Shown here piece by piece: positions 1 to 13,485 of a stretch of 64,000 nt of DNA (position 1 is its first letter; each line of letters begins with the position of its first letter). The notes beneath the pieces were generated by a model, which saw only the letters and a list, made by a program, of their open reading frames with translations, did no database searches and was not told the origin of the DNA. Origin of the DNA: Tubulanus polymorphus (Eukaryota; Animalia; Nemertea); NCBI RefSeq assembly GCF_964204645.1, contig NC_134029.1, positions 11,620,850 to 11,684,849 of the forward strand, written 5' to 3'. A program made the position numbers and the translations under genes.

Positions 1-1046
1 TTGTAGCTCGTGACATTTTTTATAATTGTGGTGAGTTTCATGGTCATTGGTGTGTGTATATGCTCACCAGGGGGCATTGAATATTGAAATTGTTAGATCG
101 TTGAGCATTTAAAACCACTCTCCCAGTAGGTATGGTGTCCCTGAACCTACCTACCGATCCCTATCTACCTACCCTACTAAATATTGGACATAAACCATTA
201 ACAAACATATAATTTTTTGCTACATAATGTTTTGAAAAAGATAAAATGCAACATAGAATAGAACTTGAACGCTCAAAACTTTCAAGAGGAATCATGCCCT
301 TGGCAAACGAGCTCCTGTTTTCAAGGTGAACCATGGGCAATTTATTTTCTGTCTATCCTAAACATCCGTGCAAATGCTTCTCCGGTATTTCTATTACAGC
401 ATGTATTGAACCCGCTGGAATTTCGATCAGTGATAGAGGTGGAGGTTCCAAACACCCGAATATACCATTTTAATGGCTCCATGTAAGCAAATTTGAATCA
501 CAATAAGTGCTTTATTTCAATGAAGATTCAAACCACACCTGGTCCTATATGATTTCATCAGTGTGTTGCAAGTAATATAGATAAATCTTCACCCTCATAT
601 AGGCCTACTATATTCGCTGTTGTATAAGTTGAGTTCTTGAAACAAGAATTATATCAAAAAATGTAGGTCTTCTTATACACCAGGTACACTTTTGATATTG
701 TTTGAAACTGATGATGATTAGAGTTCCAGGTTACCATGATGACATGCAATATAAATTTATGTTTGGCTACACTAATGTGCCAATTAGAATTAGGGATATT
801 GGTGGAGTTGTTACACTTGTGTTATGCGCAATACACATACTAGACAATACTCGATATTACAGGTACCCACCTGGCTATAGACACATTAGATTGTTGCTGA
901 ACAGTGTCTTACAGGCTATTATCCAAAGCGGTTTCTGTTATGAGTGTAGCCTAACATAAATTGATATCCCATTTCATTATGGTTCCCTTGAACTCTAACA
1001 TAGTTTGAGGTGAATGGAACTTAGAACGGTCATTAGAAAATCATAA

Positions 1047-2592
1047 TTAGGACGTTCGTTAGACGAACGTCCTTATGTGATCGGTTTGCCGGTTGATGAC
1101 GCACTTCCGATTTGGTTGACATACGTTTAAGGTCGTTTTAAAGCTAGTTAGTTAGAGATTTCCTCAAATTCCGCATCAGAAATGGTGTCTTCAAGTTGGG
1201 ATTAAATTTGGTTAAGAATAGTTGGTTAGTTAGAAAAAGGCTCTTCACGCCTTTTAAGTGACATCACACATCACGTGTTGCTTATGGCGTAGAGGGTATA
1301 GTGATTGACAGGAGTGCCATTTTTAAAATCGTTGTATCGTGGATGTTAACTTTAGAGGACCGTACGAAGTCTCTTTAAAGGTGAGTGTCAACATATATGG
1401 TGACTTAACTTAATTCCTTGTGAGCGCACAGAGGCCCTGTGAGAATCTAGAGACGTTCGCAGCATTGAAAATTACGCAATGGTCCGCTCGACACGCACAA
1501 GCTGTGAGTTTGACCTACGTGACTAAATACAGCCGCCATTAATCAGAAGCAATCCACTTCAAATTTTATGAAGTGAATATCATAATCAATATTTATCCGA
1601 TATACACCAAATAACCTTTGAGAGAAAGGTATTTGGCGTCGGATTCTGTACCGAAAATCCCGGATTGTTACGCTGCATAGTTTTTTTAGTAGGGTTCTTT
1701 TAACATTTTGCCCTATAAGCCATTTGATTGACACGTGGGGCGGGGCTTGCAATCTGCCGATGACGTAAGATGTAAACAATAATATAACCACGTGCTTCGT
1801 GCACATGTGTGCAAACCTGACAACAAATTAGATTTTTTGGCGCCAAAACTATTTCGATTTTTTCTTTTGTCCAATGATTTTTCAACTGGAGCCAACTGCT
1901 ATGCCATTAGATTGTACAATCAAGTATTCACGTTTTATAGACTCTGAAATAATTTTTGTCCCGGGGACATGCACTGAAATATCCATTGTCGTTTTTGTTT
2001 TTGTTTTTGTTTTTAATTTTAGGATATAAACAGCCTAGAAGAAACATCATCTGGCAGACACACATTTGACTACAGATCATATCCTGTTATAAAATGTGTT
2101 TAATAAATGTGTTTTACTCAAGTTTTCTTGCCATTAATACTTCCTGACTACTTTTATTTTATGGTTATCTAAGTGCAAGGCAAACATTGGTGGGGTTCCT
2201 TTGGCCCTCCGAATATATAGGACCAAAAGGGGTATTTTATGCCATTTGAATTTATTTTTGCTTTGAAAATCTATTCAAATACTTTTTGGCAGGCACATTC
2301 AAATTCTGAAGGGTAGGACTAGTCCAACCCCTAAATCCACTTGCATTCAGTCTCATGAGAACTAACTTAAAACATTAAAACCTTCACCGGCCTCCTACTC
2401 AATTTTTTGAATAAATGTAAAACTTATGGCAGAATTCATGCTCGATTTTTGAATCCCAAAGAATAATTTTTGAATTACGCAGTAGGATGACACTTGAATA
2501 CCCGGTGTTAAAATTTTCCAATCAATGTGGGAGGTGTCTGGGTCTACATGCGTTTCACAAACGAACGTCCTCTTTTAAAGTTTCTTTCTAGG
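1047..2592 (+). mobile_element. Helentron-like non-autonomous element (HINE-type)
   Basis: 5' hairpin aggacgttcgt-tag-acgaacgtcct; 3' subterminal IR aacgaacgtcct at about 2560-2571; non-coding; ends approximate. Confidence 0.55.
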
Positions 2593-2596
2593 TTTT

Positions 2597-3696
2597 AGTA
2601 TTGAAATTTGTATTCCCGAAATACTAACCTGTAAAAACATACAAAGCAATGCTAGCTTGGCTGGAATAATGCCAGAAATAATGACTTTGAGAACCTGTAT
2701 AGTGGCGTTCTCAACGGGACATTCGCCATCTTTTTACGCAAGGCTATGGAACCAGGCACAAGCCAAGTGGGGATGGTGGGATGGACTATAAACCGTATGT
2801 TTTTACAGGTAAGTATTTTGGGAATACAAATTTCAATACTAATAATTGTGATATTCCTTTCAATATGCTCCCTGTAAAAACATATATAGCCAGAATACCA
2901 AAGAACCGGAAGTGGGTTGGCCTCAAAGTTGTATAGCTACATACTAAAATAGAATTAGAAATATATATAGGTACACCAACGTCCTCAGGCCATAGTTGTG
3001 AACATCACGGCCGGCAGGAAGAGATCATCCAGAACACCAAAATTACATGGCCAAATGGGCAACCGAGAATGGGAAATGTGCTCCCTTCTCCAGTAAATAA
3101 ATTGAGATAAAATGATTGAACAAACTGAACATATGAACACTATTACTACAACGTGTTGGCAGTCCCTGGACTTATACCGAAGGCCGGCAAAGCCACCTGC
3201 AAGGTCCCGAACTGCGAACGAAGGGAATTTTAGACGGCTCAACAGGGAGACCTGGCTAAAGAGCCTAGCTGCCCTGACATGTCACGGAAGTAGTAGGACG
3301 AAAAGGTAAAAGTAGAGGACCAAAAGGCTGTCCTACAAACCCGGTCCAACAAACCACCAGAGAAAACTCCCCAAGAGGTGTCATGAATTTCTGTCGAGCC
3401 ATCAATCCATCGAATAAACTAATTCGTAATTTCAACTTCATGAACAATTTATTTACACTATGTACAATTGTCTTTCTTTAATATCTCAAACACATTCTAT
3501 TATCCAATTCCTGCTCTAAAGCTGCAAAATATATACCACAATAAATCATAGGTTGTGTATTGAATAAAAAATACTTAGTATCTAAACATTTATTTTACAA
3601 ATACTTACGGACTTAATGCGTCCCAAAAACCCGTTCATTACACGATTGGAATTTTCTTCAATTCTACGAATTACCGACCAACGGTTACTTTAATAC

Positions 3697-3733
<37 letters not shown>

Positions 3734-6490
3734 CGTGCGTGCGTACGTACGTACATACGTACATATATATATATATATATATATAACCGACCAGCAGGAC
3801 CTCCTGGAACACGTGTGTACCTGTCCCAGTATACACACCAAAAACCAACCCCCAAACCTCAATCATACTCCCTTATATAACTCTCTCTATAGCCATACAC
3901 CGCAGCACTTGACAAGTTAATACTTCACAAGAGGTTGCCAGAGAATGAACCTGGTGAGACACTACTCTCGCGGAATCGGCCACCCCTTCTTGGATGAGAG
4001 CTTCCTTGATAGGCGAGTCCATCCTGCGAGCCACCATGTCCTTGGAAATATCAGACTCCAACCTCTCCGAGACGGGGAGAAAAGGTCTTTTCCTGGACTT
4101 ACGAATGGGCTGGGAGCGGGGACAGGAACATCTTCAAAGGCCGAGTTCGGCAAGCGCCGGAAACTCTGTGAGTCAGCGCCACAATTCTCCACTCCCTGCC
4201 CGCAGGGGATGGTTTTGGTTTTTCGCCAGGAATGACAATCCTGGACAAGGCAAAACAAACAGGTCAAGGAGCTCTGACCTGGATGCCGCCATGGCTAAAC
4301 ACAGTAAAAACACAGGTCTTCTTTGTCAGATGTGAAAACGACAGAGAAGCTAAGGCTCGTATGGATATCAACGGATTTTTTTGATACTTCAAGACGACAG
4401 TCAAATCCCATGGGGGAAGATCCCGGATCACCCTTGGACGAGAAATGGAAAATCCCGCAATCAGCTGTGAAATACGAGGATCTGCCATGACTGACGGAAG
4501 GCGCACTGACTGATGGGTGTGGGAGATCGCAGACCATACCTAAAGCCTTTCACTCTACAGACTTGACTCTTCCCTTTAAAAGGAAAAAGGAAAAAATCTG
4601 CTTAATCCGCTTCAGAGGGAGAGCGAGGATCTACCTTTCTCCCACTGCACCAATTACGGAAGAGGTCCCACTTGGAGTCGTAAACAAGACCTGTCGAGGG
4701 TCGTCTCGAAAAACCTTTACTCTGGAGACTATGCTGGACAGCGGCCACGCGTGAAGATTGAGCCAATGGAGATTGAGGTGTTGCTTGAAACGAGCCTGCC
4801 GACAGGAGCGATGGAAACACATGGAGAACCCTGGGGCTGTCGCACAAGAGCTCAAGCAGAATGGTGAACCACGACTGGGTTGGACAGCCAGGAGCCGCCT
4901 TGGCAGTTGCTTGTTCCAACCAGGAGAGCGCCTGGCCGATGAGAGGGAATGGGTACGCATATAGATCCTCCCAGTCTTGAGCTGACACATCGACTGCCCA
5001 TGCCTGGTTAACCGGGGAGGGATACACAAGCGCCAGACACAGGGAGTTGAACCCCGTGGCGAAAAGATTCAAGGTCGGCACCCTGATTAGGATCTCACCT
5101 TTTTGGCCGCCTGCTGATGTAGTGACCATTGGCCTTGAATGACGTCTTTGGGGGTCATAATTTTGAATTTTCGGCAGTCGAGAAGCTTGTTAAGGAGAGA
5201 GAGGTATATCACCGTCTGAAGGCCGCTGGACGCTTTTGGAACAGTGAAGATCCTGGAATACCAACCCCAAAGGCGATGCAGGGCTCCTTTTTCGATTAAC
5301 TTCTGGATCGCTGGGGCAATGTGCTGCTCCTGACCTTTCTTGGGTTGCATGTCTGGAGGGGACCTCCTTAGGGAGGTTTCTTTCGAAACTGAATCCGGTA
5401 CCCAGCCGAGATGGTTCGTGTCGGCCAGGAATCACCAAAGATCTCGTATCAGCGGGAAGCGCAGCTTCTTAGGCATGCCCCACTGGTACAGAACCTTCAT
5501 TGTTTTTGACTAGTTTGCTTCAGGAAGGGCTTGCCCTTCTTTGGACCTTTACTCTTGGCAGAAAACTTCCTGCCCATTTCTGGTTAAAAGTTAAGGCATT
5601 AGAACTTTTCGAAGACCACCCGGCCTGTCGATACTGGGGCGACGGAAACCTGCGTGACCGGCCGATCGAGGGCCGGGGGAGCAAGAATGCTTGGAGAACC
5701 ATTGACGTATTTTCTGCACTACTGGACTTCTCTTTCTGAGAAGCGTAATAGCGAGACTTATCGGCCCGTTTCCAGGTCGCTTCGTCCCACTCGTAATTGC
5801 ACACATCTGAGCCGTAGAACACGGAGCTCCGTGTAAGGCTGTCCATTTCTGGCATGTGAGGTACAAATCCCACTGCCCGAAAAACCTCTTTCAACTCACA
5901 CCAGAACAGCGTTTTTGCCCCTTGAGGGTGGAAAAACCACTGTCCACCATATTCTGAAAAAATACAAAACAGTTTCCCCCGAGGGAGGATATATGTATGT
6001 AATTATTGATGACAAAATACACAGAATAACTACTCATGAGAGAAGAATATAGTACTGAAGATAAAATATATTATTTATTATAGTATTGAACGATAACTGG
6101 AAGGACTTTAAGATACAGACCGAATCAACAACGAATGTATTCAACCGGAGAGGAGAGCGAATGTGAACCAAATTCTAATTCTATGGATTAGATCCCCATA
6201 CCGACCGATCGTGATAAATTACAACGATCTTCCACTTATCTGTCTTGATCAGTGACTGTTAATCATATATAACAACCAGATGGGCGTTTAACAACTGATA
6301 AAATCAACCGATTTTCTGACCAAAAATTCAAGTAGTCTTGCTCAAACCGATGCCAGTGTAAAAAGATGGTGAATCTCCCATTGAGGGCACCCCTAAACGG
6401 GTTCTCAAAGTTGTTATTTCTGGCGTTGTTGTGGCCAAGGTATCGTTGGCTATGTATGTTTTTACAGGGAATGTATTGAAGGGAATAATG
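2597..6490 (-). mobile_element. Degenerate DIRS1-like tyrosine-recombinase retrotransposon
   Basis: Minus-strand fragments in DIRS order: gag-like (5520-5894), RT (YSRIFTVPKASSGLQTVIYLSLLNK), methyltransferase-like (LFAT..N...AWAVD...QDW..LYAYPFP), YR (RRPSTGLVYDSKW; PPWDLTVVL; LTKKT); internal region 2795-2900 is complementary to both ends. Confidence 0.88.
3694..3786. repeat. Compound microsatellite (TA)n(TG)n(CGTA)n(TA)n
   Basis: Directly visible; lies inside the DIRS YR region. Confidence 0.95.
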
Positions 6491-6957
6491 TTAGTCCGAA
6501 AAAAACTTTCATTTGATATTGTAACATTACTATATATTTGATATTGTAACATTGTTGTTTGAACATTACTCATCAGCCTATCCTTGATTCTTGTTTGACT
6601 GAATATGCAGTGACTGGAATAGAATAGAATAGAATAAATCTTTATTGATCCTTGGCATCAAATATTACACCATCAGGCTACTGGTCATTTATCAAAAGAC
6701 GTTCACAATGGAACAATCCAAAATTTTGGTTCAACACCATTTTAATGGCCATTCAAAAACATGCTAGCGCTCCGACATGCATGACTTATTTTTACATTTC
6801 AACATTTCATTCTCAAGTTAACCTACCCCCAAAACAATGATAATTGAAATTTTAGTTAATGAATTAGTAACCTTGAGGGTTGGGTAACACATTTCTGCGA
6901 CACCAGGAATTCAAGCTTTATTTTGTGGTTTAAATTCCTCTTCCAGTTTGAATCATC

Positions 6958-7405
6958 TATCTCAACACCATTTCGGAAACGAGAGAAATCCCACAATAGA
7001 TTCAGCCAAAATGAGAAACTTTAATAGAAGAGTATATATATTTTCGCAACATTTCGGCTTAAAACTGTTAGCCATCATCATTTGTGTCTTTTGTTTTCAA
7101 ATTGTTTCAATCTATATTGACCCTAGTTTGCCTTTGCTTACTTTATTATTGTTTTCCAGCTGTTATATCATTAATTTAATCTATTCCCCTTTTCAACATT
7201 TTAATCACTCACTCTGTTGCTATTGTTTTGGTCTTGTTTGAATATCTAGTAATAATATTCTCCTGTTCTCTGTATGCCCGATGATGGCTCATAGTCTATG
7301 GCTAATAGCCAAAACGTTCTCTGTGTTTTGGCAGAACTCATTGTGGGATTTCTCTCGTTATCATCTTACACGGATATTGTGTATCTTCTCATCTCACCAT
7401 TACGG
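6958..7405. repeat. Penelope-like inverted pair with degenerate hammerhead cores
   Basis: aacgagagaaatcccacaat (about 6978) vs attgtgggatttctctcgtt (about 7340); both arms carry (C)TGATGA-tggct...agcc-(G)AAA. Confidence 0.55.
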
Positions 7406-8075
7406 AAATACATTCTGTTATGTTTATAATTCTATTTGACCCCTTGAGATTATATGGTTCATTCGGTTGCCCAGTCTTTAATAACTGAAATCTTGTTTCC
7501 ATGAATATTTGGTTATTGAGGATCATTTTCTGTGTATCATATATCATAAAACCAATTGGAATTTGTTTAATAGCTCAATACTACAATATTGCAACTATGC
7601 TTGTAATTCTGAATTGATTGTATTACAATTGAACATGGCACCTACTTAAGTTTATGCCCTCTGCCCAAGCCAGAAAAATGGGACCCAAATTCCCCAGCTT
7701 TTGTATCATGAATTGGTTACAATTGTAAGAAGGTCATTTCTTTCAAACCTGTTTTTATCTGTATGAATTAGATAGTATACAGCACGTAAAAACTGATTAC
7801 AGAGATCGATCAATTATGGTCTATGTGAATCTACAGGGTGTCTCCACCTTCAAATCTTTGATCGAGAAATTTTCTATCAAACAATAAAACTGCCATTGAT
7901 CAATAGAAATTGCCTCTTCCATGCTGACATGGAGACAGCACGATGTTGTAAATTTAGTAAAAAAAAGTAGACCTTTTACAGACTGAGGGTGTTTTGTGCC
8001 ACCCTCCAACGAACACCCCAGATCTGTTGATAGTCTTATTATCTAATGTATTTTGTCTGTATTCTTTATTCGTAG

Positions 8076-8182
8076 AACTTCCCGTAACGGTTCACAAGTT
8101 GCTCTCAGCAAAACTAATCTCATTTTAAGGGGATGTGTTTTACGAAATACCGATTATGTAGAAGGCATTGTAATATACGCAG
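8076..8182 (+). CDS. P4-ATPase (ATP10-like phospholipid flippase) exon, end of A-domain
   Basis: AG/GT-bounded; encodes [23 protein letters not shown], a P4-ATPase signature. Confidence 0.95.
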
Positions 8183-8532
8183 GTATGTATGCAATCCGAC
8201 TTCTAGGAATTGCTCCCCATATTAAAAAAAAATTTAGAACCCCATCAGAGCTAAGGCTGGTTAGTTTTTAGCCCAAAAATGGGGTTACATCATTTGTTTT
8301 TTGGAAGATTGCAATAAGCAGTGCTTGAATTATCAAGGTGGCCACTCACCTAGAAATTTGGGAAAAGATAGATAGTAATCAGGGAATTTTGTAAAAAAAG
8401 GTAAAAATTAGGGAAAGGTCAGGGAAGTTTGTTGAGATAGCTAGATTGCTTAACAGTTTCCGTCTATTTTTGTCTCGCGTTAGCGAGTCTATGTCATGGG
8501 TCTGGCCAATCGATAATCATTCATATGCTTAA

Positions 8533-8915
8533 CCCTTAACTTGACAGTCTAACTTCTCCCACATTAAAAGTTAGAATTTTATGTCTCGCACGCCACGCTG
8601 CAAATTGAATCATAGTTCATAACGCACGGCAACTGCCGTTACTCGAGTATCCAAAATGCATAAGTAGTTTCTCGTTTTGAAGAATTTTGACCACTAAAAC
8701 GCCCTGTAGACTTGATATTTTTGGGGTTTTCATGAAAATTCAACATCTAGACTGTAATTAGAAGCGTAATAAAGGCTGAAGAGATGGATATAGTGATTTA
8801 CAGTGTCTTTATTTATGAATACCTACTAATCTAACACAGAATTGTGAGTATTCTGACTTTCTGAACGGTCTTTCTGCACTAGACCCCCAAATGACCCCAC
8901 CCAGTAGACCCCTCC
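8533..8915 (-). mobile_element. Truncated piggyBac-like MITE, related to 31291-31917
   Basis: TTAA|CCCTT start; internal sequence is the reverse complement of about 31500-31850. Confidence 0.6.
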
Positions 8916-9391
8916 CTCACAGATCGAGGGTAAAAAATCATTCAGGGACGAAAATCCTCCACGGATTTCTGCGGTTGGAGGTCCATATTTATTATTCTTG
9001 AGATTGATGTAGATCCGTTGAGAAAATGATCGCAGGGTTAGGGTCTTGGGGAAAAGTTGAGAGTTAGATTGTAGCACACTTTAAGAACAGACTGTAGAAG
9101 CGTCTTATAAAACCGGTGCTACGATCTCTGAAATCTTTTTTACAACATCATTGCGAAACATCGTTGTTGTCTAGACCCACTGTACAGATCAATAATATAT
9201 ATACATGTAATAGCGTTGCGCGGGAAATCTATATTTAGAATCTGCGGTCGTGCGCTTCAATTCATTCAACAAAGCATAGCCTACGTGCTCAATTAAAGCA
9301 GTCATTGTTCTAATTCAGGCACAGTACGCTTGCCTTGAGTGATACGTATAAAGTTTATAGATAGGGGCCCCTTTTGGGACTCAACTACTTA

Positions 9392-10555
9392 GGGGGCTGT
9401 TGAAAAATTACGTGACGCGTCAGGGGGTGGGGGGTCTGACACATTTTGTTACAGGAGGAGGGGGTGTCAGGACATCTGTTACATAACAAAATACATGGAA
9501 ATCTCAGAAGGATGAAATTCTTCATAATACCCTTTGAACTATAGAATATGCTTGAAACATTTGCTGAACTTTATCGAACTTTTGTAAAGATTGTAAAACA
9601 CTAGAAAAATCAATATTGCGTATGGTTGGAAAAATTTTCTCATACAACAAACATCTAAAAATCAATAAGTGGTGCAATATTTACTGCTAGAGTGTTACCC
9701 AGGAAGAAAGTCACTAAATATTTGGATGGATATATGAAAACTGTGGGTACTGGAGTGTGTAATGGGTAGTGTAGTGTGATCAGTGTGCATTTGTGGCCAG
9801 CACACAGATAACATTGTTCATTGGGGTTTAGTCCAGGACTCACGAGATTTTTAACAACACGGAAGTAACGTGTAATAAATGATGACTTGAATTGCATGAC
9901 TACCTACCACCCCTCATTATTGTTGGAAAAGTAAACGTTCCGCACTGACTAAAAATTAGTAATAATAATTAATAACATTTTAGAAATGGCCAGAATTTTA
10001 ACTTAGGTTCTATCTCACTTTTATTTTACAATTGCGATTGGTATAATTTTTTTTTAAACGGCCGTTAAGGCTTCATGTTTCGTCTGCAATTCACTGCAAA
10101 TCGTTACGCAACTACGCACATTTCAGTGTTTTTGGCAGCTGTACACTCAATCGGCACCGTTCGTGACTAGCTTCACTGCGGAATTATCATAAATTAACAT
10201 CGCCATATCACATCATCAACTTATATTGTGCCTTAAAACCCTAACAGCCGAAATAATTGAAATGCACACACGATTTCTATCATTGAAAATTGAGAGAGTG
10301 GCCGTGTTTGTGTTCTGCTGCTTCGCGTAAATCCCGCGCGGTGGCGCAACCGTGCGGAGTTGGGCCGATACGTCTAGGCCTACCGAATGTCATAATGGTC
10401 TAAATGAATAATTAGGCCTATATGGGGGAGGGGGTATTTCATTTTGTTACATGATATTTAGGGGGGTGTGACAACATTTGTTACAAGCTGTTACAAAGGG
10501 GGAGGGGGTATCTAAATTTCCCCAAAAATGTGTTTCGTAATTTTTGAACAGCCCC
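9392..10555. mobile_element. MITE with GGGGCTGTT(C/G)AAAAATTACG TIRs
   Basis: About 20-bp TIRs flanked by TTA (or TA); gttaca/tgtgac subterminal motifs at both ends. Confidence 0.75.
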
Positions 10556-11384
10556 TTAATGACAAGTGCATTTAAGTATGAACATAAACATAGACAGTGA
10601 ACGACCAACCACGTGGCAGCAGTCTTATTTTGTCATTGGAAAATGGGCCTCAGATGTGCCACAATCTCCTTAAAATTCCAAAATTTCCTTGGGGGAGGTA
10701 CCCAAACCCCCCTTTAGGGGCTTCGCCCCTCGGTGCTTGCGTCTGCTGGCTTGGCCAGTACTAGTGAGCCTAATACTTTTATTTCTAATATTTCCGCGTT
10801 TTTCAAATGCCTCTTTTTTCATCCCTGATCATTACATCATTCTATAGCTTTGACTGTAAACAATAGCTTTGTGAAGATTCAATGCCCTATATCCAATGAT
10901 TGGGAAGTTATATGGATTTAATTTGTTAATTTATGCACTTTTTACCTTCATTTGTATATTATTCAAATTTCTATTTGATTTCCAAATAATCATGGTTGAT
11001 TTTAAAACATTTGGAATCCCTGAACATCTTCTGATATCTTAAGATATCTGTACCCCAGGAAACCAATCTGCCCCTATAGGAGTGGCACAGTGTAATTTCA
11101 AGATTTCTGTTGTTGGTGCATATTTGTGTTACAAGATGGCCGCCACAGTCATATTGAAACCTTGTTCATGTGATAAAACTGTCAGGAATATGTCCCTTTA
11201 CAATTTTGCATTCAAGATTACTGTATTACCTATAGTCTAATTAACAATAAATTGAGTTGTTATGGAAATTTCACAAATGAGGGTGTAGACATTTCAAGAT
11301 GCAGATGGAAATTTAGTTCAAACCAGTTACCATTAATCGATTGTATAAAGAACGTAATAACAGTTAGTTTTAATTTCATTGTAG

Positions 11385-11516
11385 GTCATGAAACAAAATC
11401 ATTATTGAACAATCACGGGCCTCGATTTAAACGAAGCAAACTGGAACGTCGAATTAATAAAGACGTCATGTGGTGTGTTGCTATATTAGCCATTCTCTGC
11501 TTCTCTGGAGCTATTG
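11385..11516 (+). CDS. P4-ATPase exon (HETK...TM3)
   Basis: gtag|GT CAT GAA; [44 protein letters not shown]; phase 1 on both sides. Confidence 0.95.
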
Positions 11517-11740
11517 GTAAGTTGATAAATTCACTGGGATGCCCCTTGTTCCAAATGGTTCCTCGCTATGTGTGACCTTATTTCATTGACCTTGTTTCAT
11601 TTCTAGAATCCCTGAAAAGATAGGGCAAAATAATCATTTTGGGAGGTATTTAGGGCCAATTCATTTTTATGAAGTTTTTTTCTTAAAGTAGAAATAAAAT
11701 TGTCTCTTACACATGCATATTTCAGATGTGGAAGCTGTCT

Positions 11741-13485
11741 TTTTAGCCTACTTGGTACTTTCTCCGTGCATGCTAATGCGTTCACTTTTTGTCCATCCGT
11801 CTGTTCGTCCATTGGTCTGTAGATGGAATCCAGTTATTATACCCCCTGCAACAATGTGTAGGAAGGGTAAACTGATATTCTGGTTGTCCAGCTTCCGTGG
11901 TCACAATCTTGTCCAGAGACCTTCTAAACTACCGGCTCTCTCTTCTTGTAAAACTTAACAGATATGTTAGTCTGGATATGTATTTGTGCATGTGCGTTTT
12001 ATTTTGTAATTGGATCCTAGATGGCCGACTGATGGCCATATTTGTTTTCTTGGATGCTTTATACATGAAAAAGATGTCAGATAAACTTCTAAATGAAGCA
12101 GATTTGATAATGAAAATGTCTTGCAGAAATGTAGTTCGTGGAATGCTAAGTCCCTGTGCAAAGTTTCACTGTCACATGATATTCCATGTGGCCACTAGAG
12201 GGGATGCTTGATACATGAAAAAATGACGACTTCAGATCACATTGTAAATGAGAATATTTCAATGTGTCTCCGTTGTGGGGATTGGGGCACATGAGATATC
12301 CACCCCTATTGAAAATGTGAGGTTTTGGGTCATCCAATATGGCCACCAGGGCAGCCATCTTGAATTTCCTGTTTGCACAATACAGCCTATAATTCTTGAT
12401 GGATTTTCATAAAATTTAATGACTGTGTTTTGGCAGGTAAGATGTGCACCCCTTTTGAAAATTGAGGTCACCTGCCATCAAATATGGCTGTCTCTTGAAT
12501 CATGATACAGCCTGGAATATTTGATGGATATCCATGAAATTTGATGTTAGAGTTAAGACAGGTTTATCTGTTTTCAACTGCAATTTTCCTAAGTGGAGGA
12601 GTGTATTGTGCAGGATATTTAAGGCTGCAAGGCGTAATTCTAGTTTTGGGAAGTTTTGAAGACTGTTCACTGGATTGTCTGTCAAAAATGTGGTCCTGGT
12701 CGGAACTAAGATGGCTGTCTGGCAGCCATTGTTGTTTGCCAAAATCAGCAATTTTTACCAGTTTTTAGGCCAGCCATTCGTTCTATTGAAGTATGACCAT
12801 TTATATTGAAAATTTTGTCACCATAATCAATTGCAAAGTTTTAGCTCTATGATTGTATTTGAGTTTCAAGGTCATTGCTTTTTGTATATGGTCAACATAG
12901 GCGTTAAACCAAATGACAAGTATTTTCATATTTTATTGGTTCACAGGCGTATTTTGGAACCACAATGAATTGCTAAATTGTAGCTTGTGCCATGTTTTAT
13001 GATTGTGGTGAATTTCAAAGTCATGGGTTTTTGTATTTGGTCACCAGGGGGCATTGAATAGCTGAATAACTAAGCATTTTCATAACAGATAAACACCTAC
13101 AGTAGATATGTTGTGAAGTTTATTTTCGAACAGCTTCGAGGTTACTTCTAAACCCCATCATCAGAGAAACTAAAAACTTTCTCTGATGATGGGGTTTAGA
13201 AGTAACACTGGAACTGTTTGAAAATAAACTTTCCTATGTATCAACTGTGGGTTTTTTCTGTTAACTCTACACTGAGATTACCAATGATATCAGTTCACTA
13301 TAGTTAAGTATTTTATATTATATTGAGACCTAGGCATATTTTGCAACCACAATCAATTGCTAGTGACATAGTGTGGTCTTGATATGATCACCAGGGAGCA
13401 CTGAATATTGAAATTTTCTGTTTGTGGAACATTTGAAACCACTTCCCAAGTGGGACTGTTGTCCTTGGACCCCTGGCCCTAGTTA
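11741..13485 (+). mobile_element. HINE family A copy interrupted by a family B insert (about 11838-12640) and a Penelope-like hairpin
   Basis: Similar to the full copy at 46192-47476; the sequence breaks after ccagttatt and resumes at ttttgggaagttttgaagac. Confidence 0.7.
13083..13263. repeat. About 180-bp near-perfect hairpin, Penelope pLTR-like, with hammerhead core
   Basis: Arms of about 87 bp around loop 13170-13177; CTGATGA at 13183-13189 and on the opposite strand. Confidence 0.7.

Noticed and set aside
3671-3920. ORFs with YIYIY/THTHT repeats
   Set aside because: These are translations of the microsatellite.
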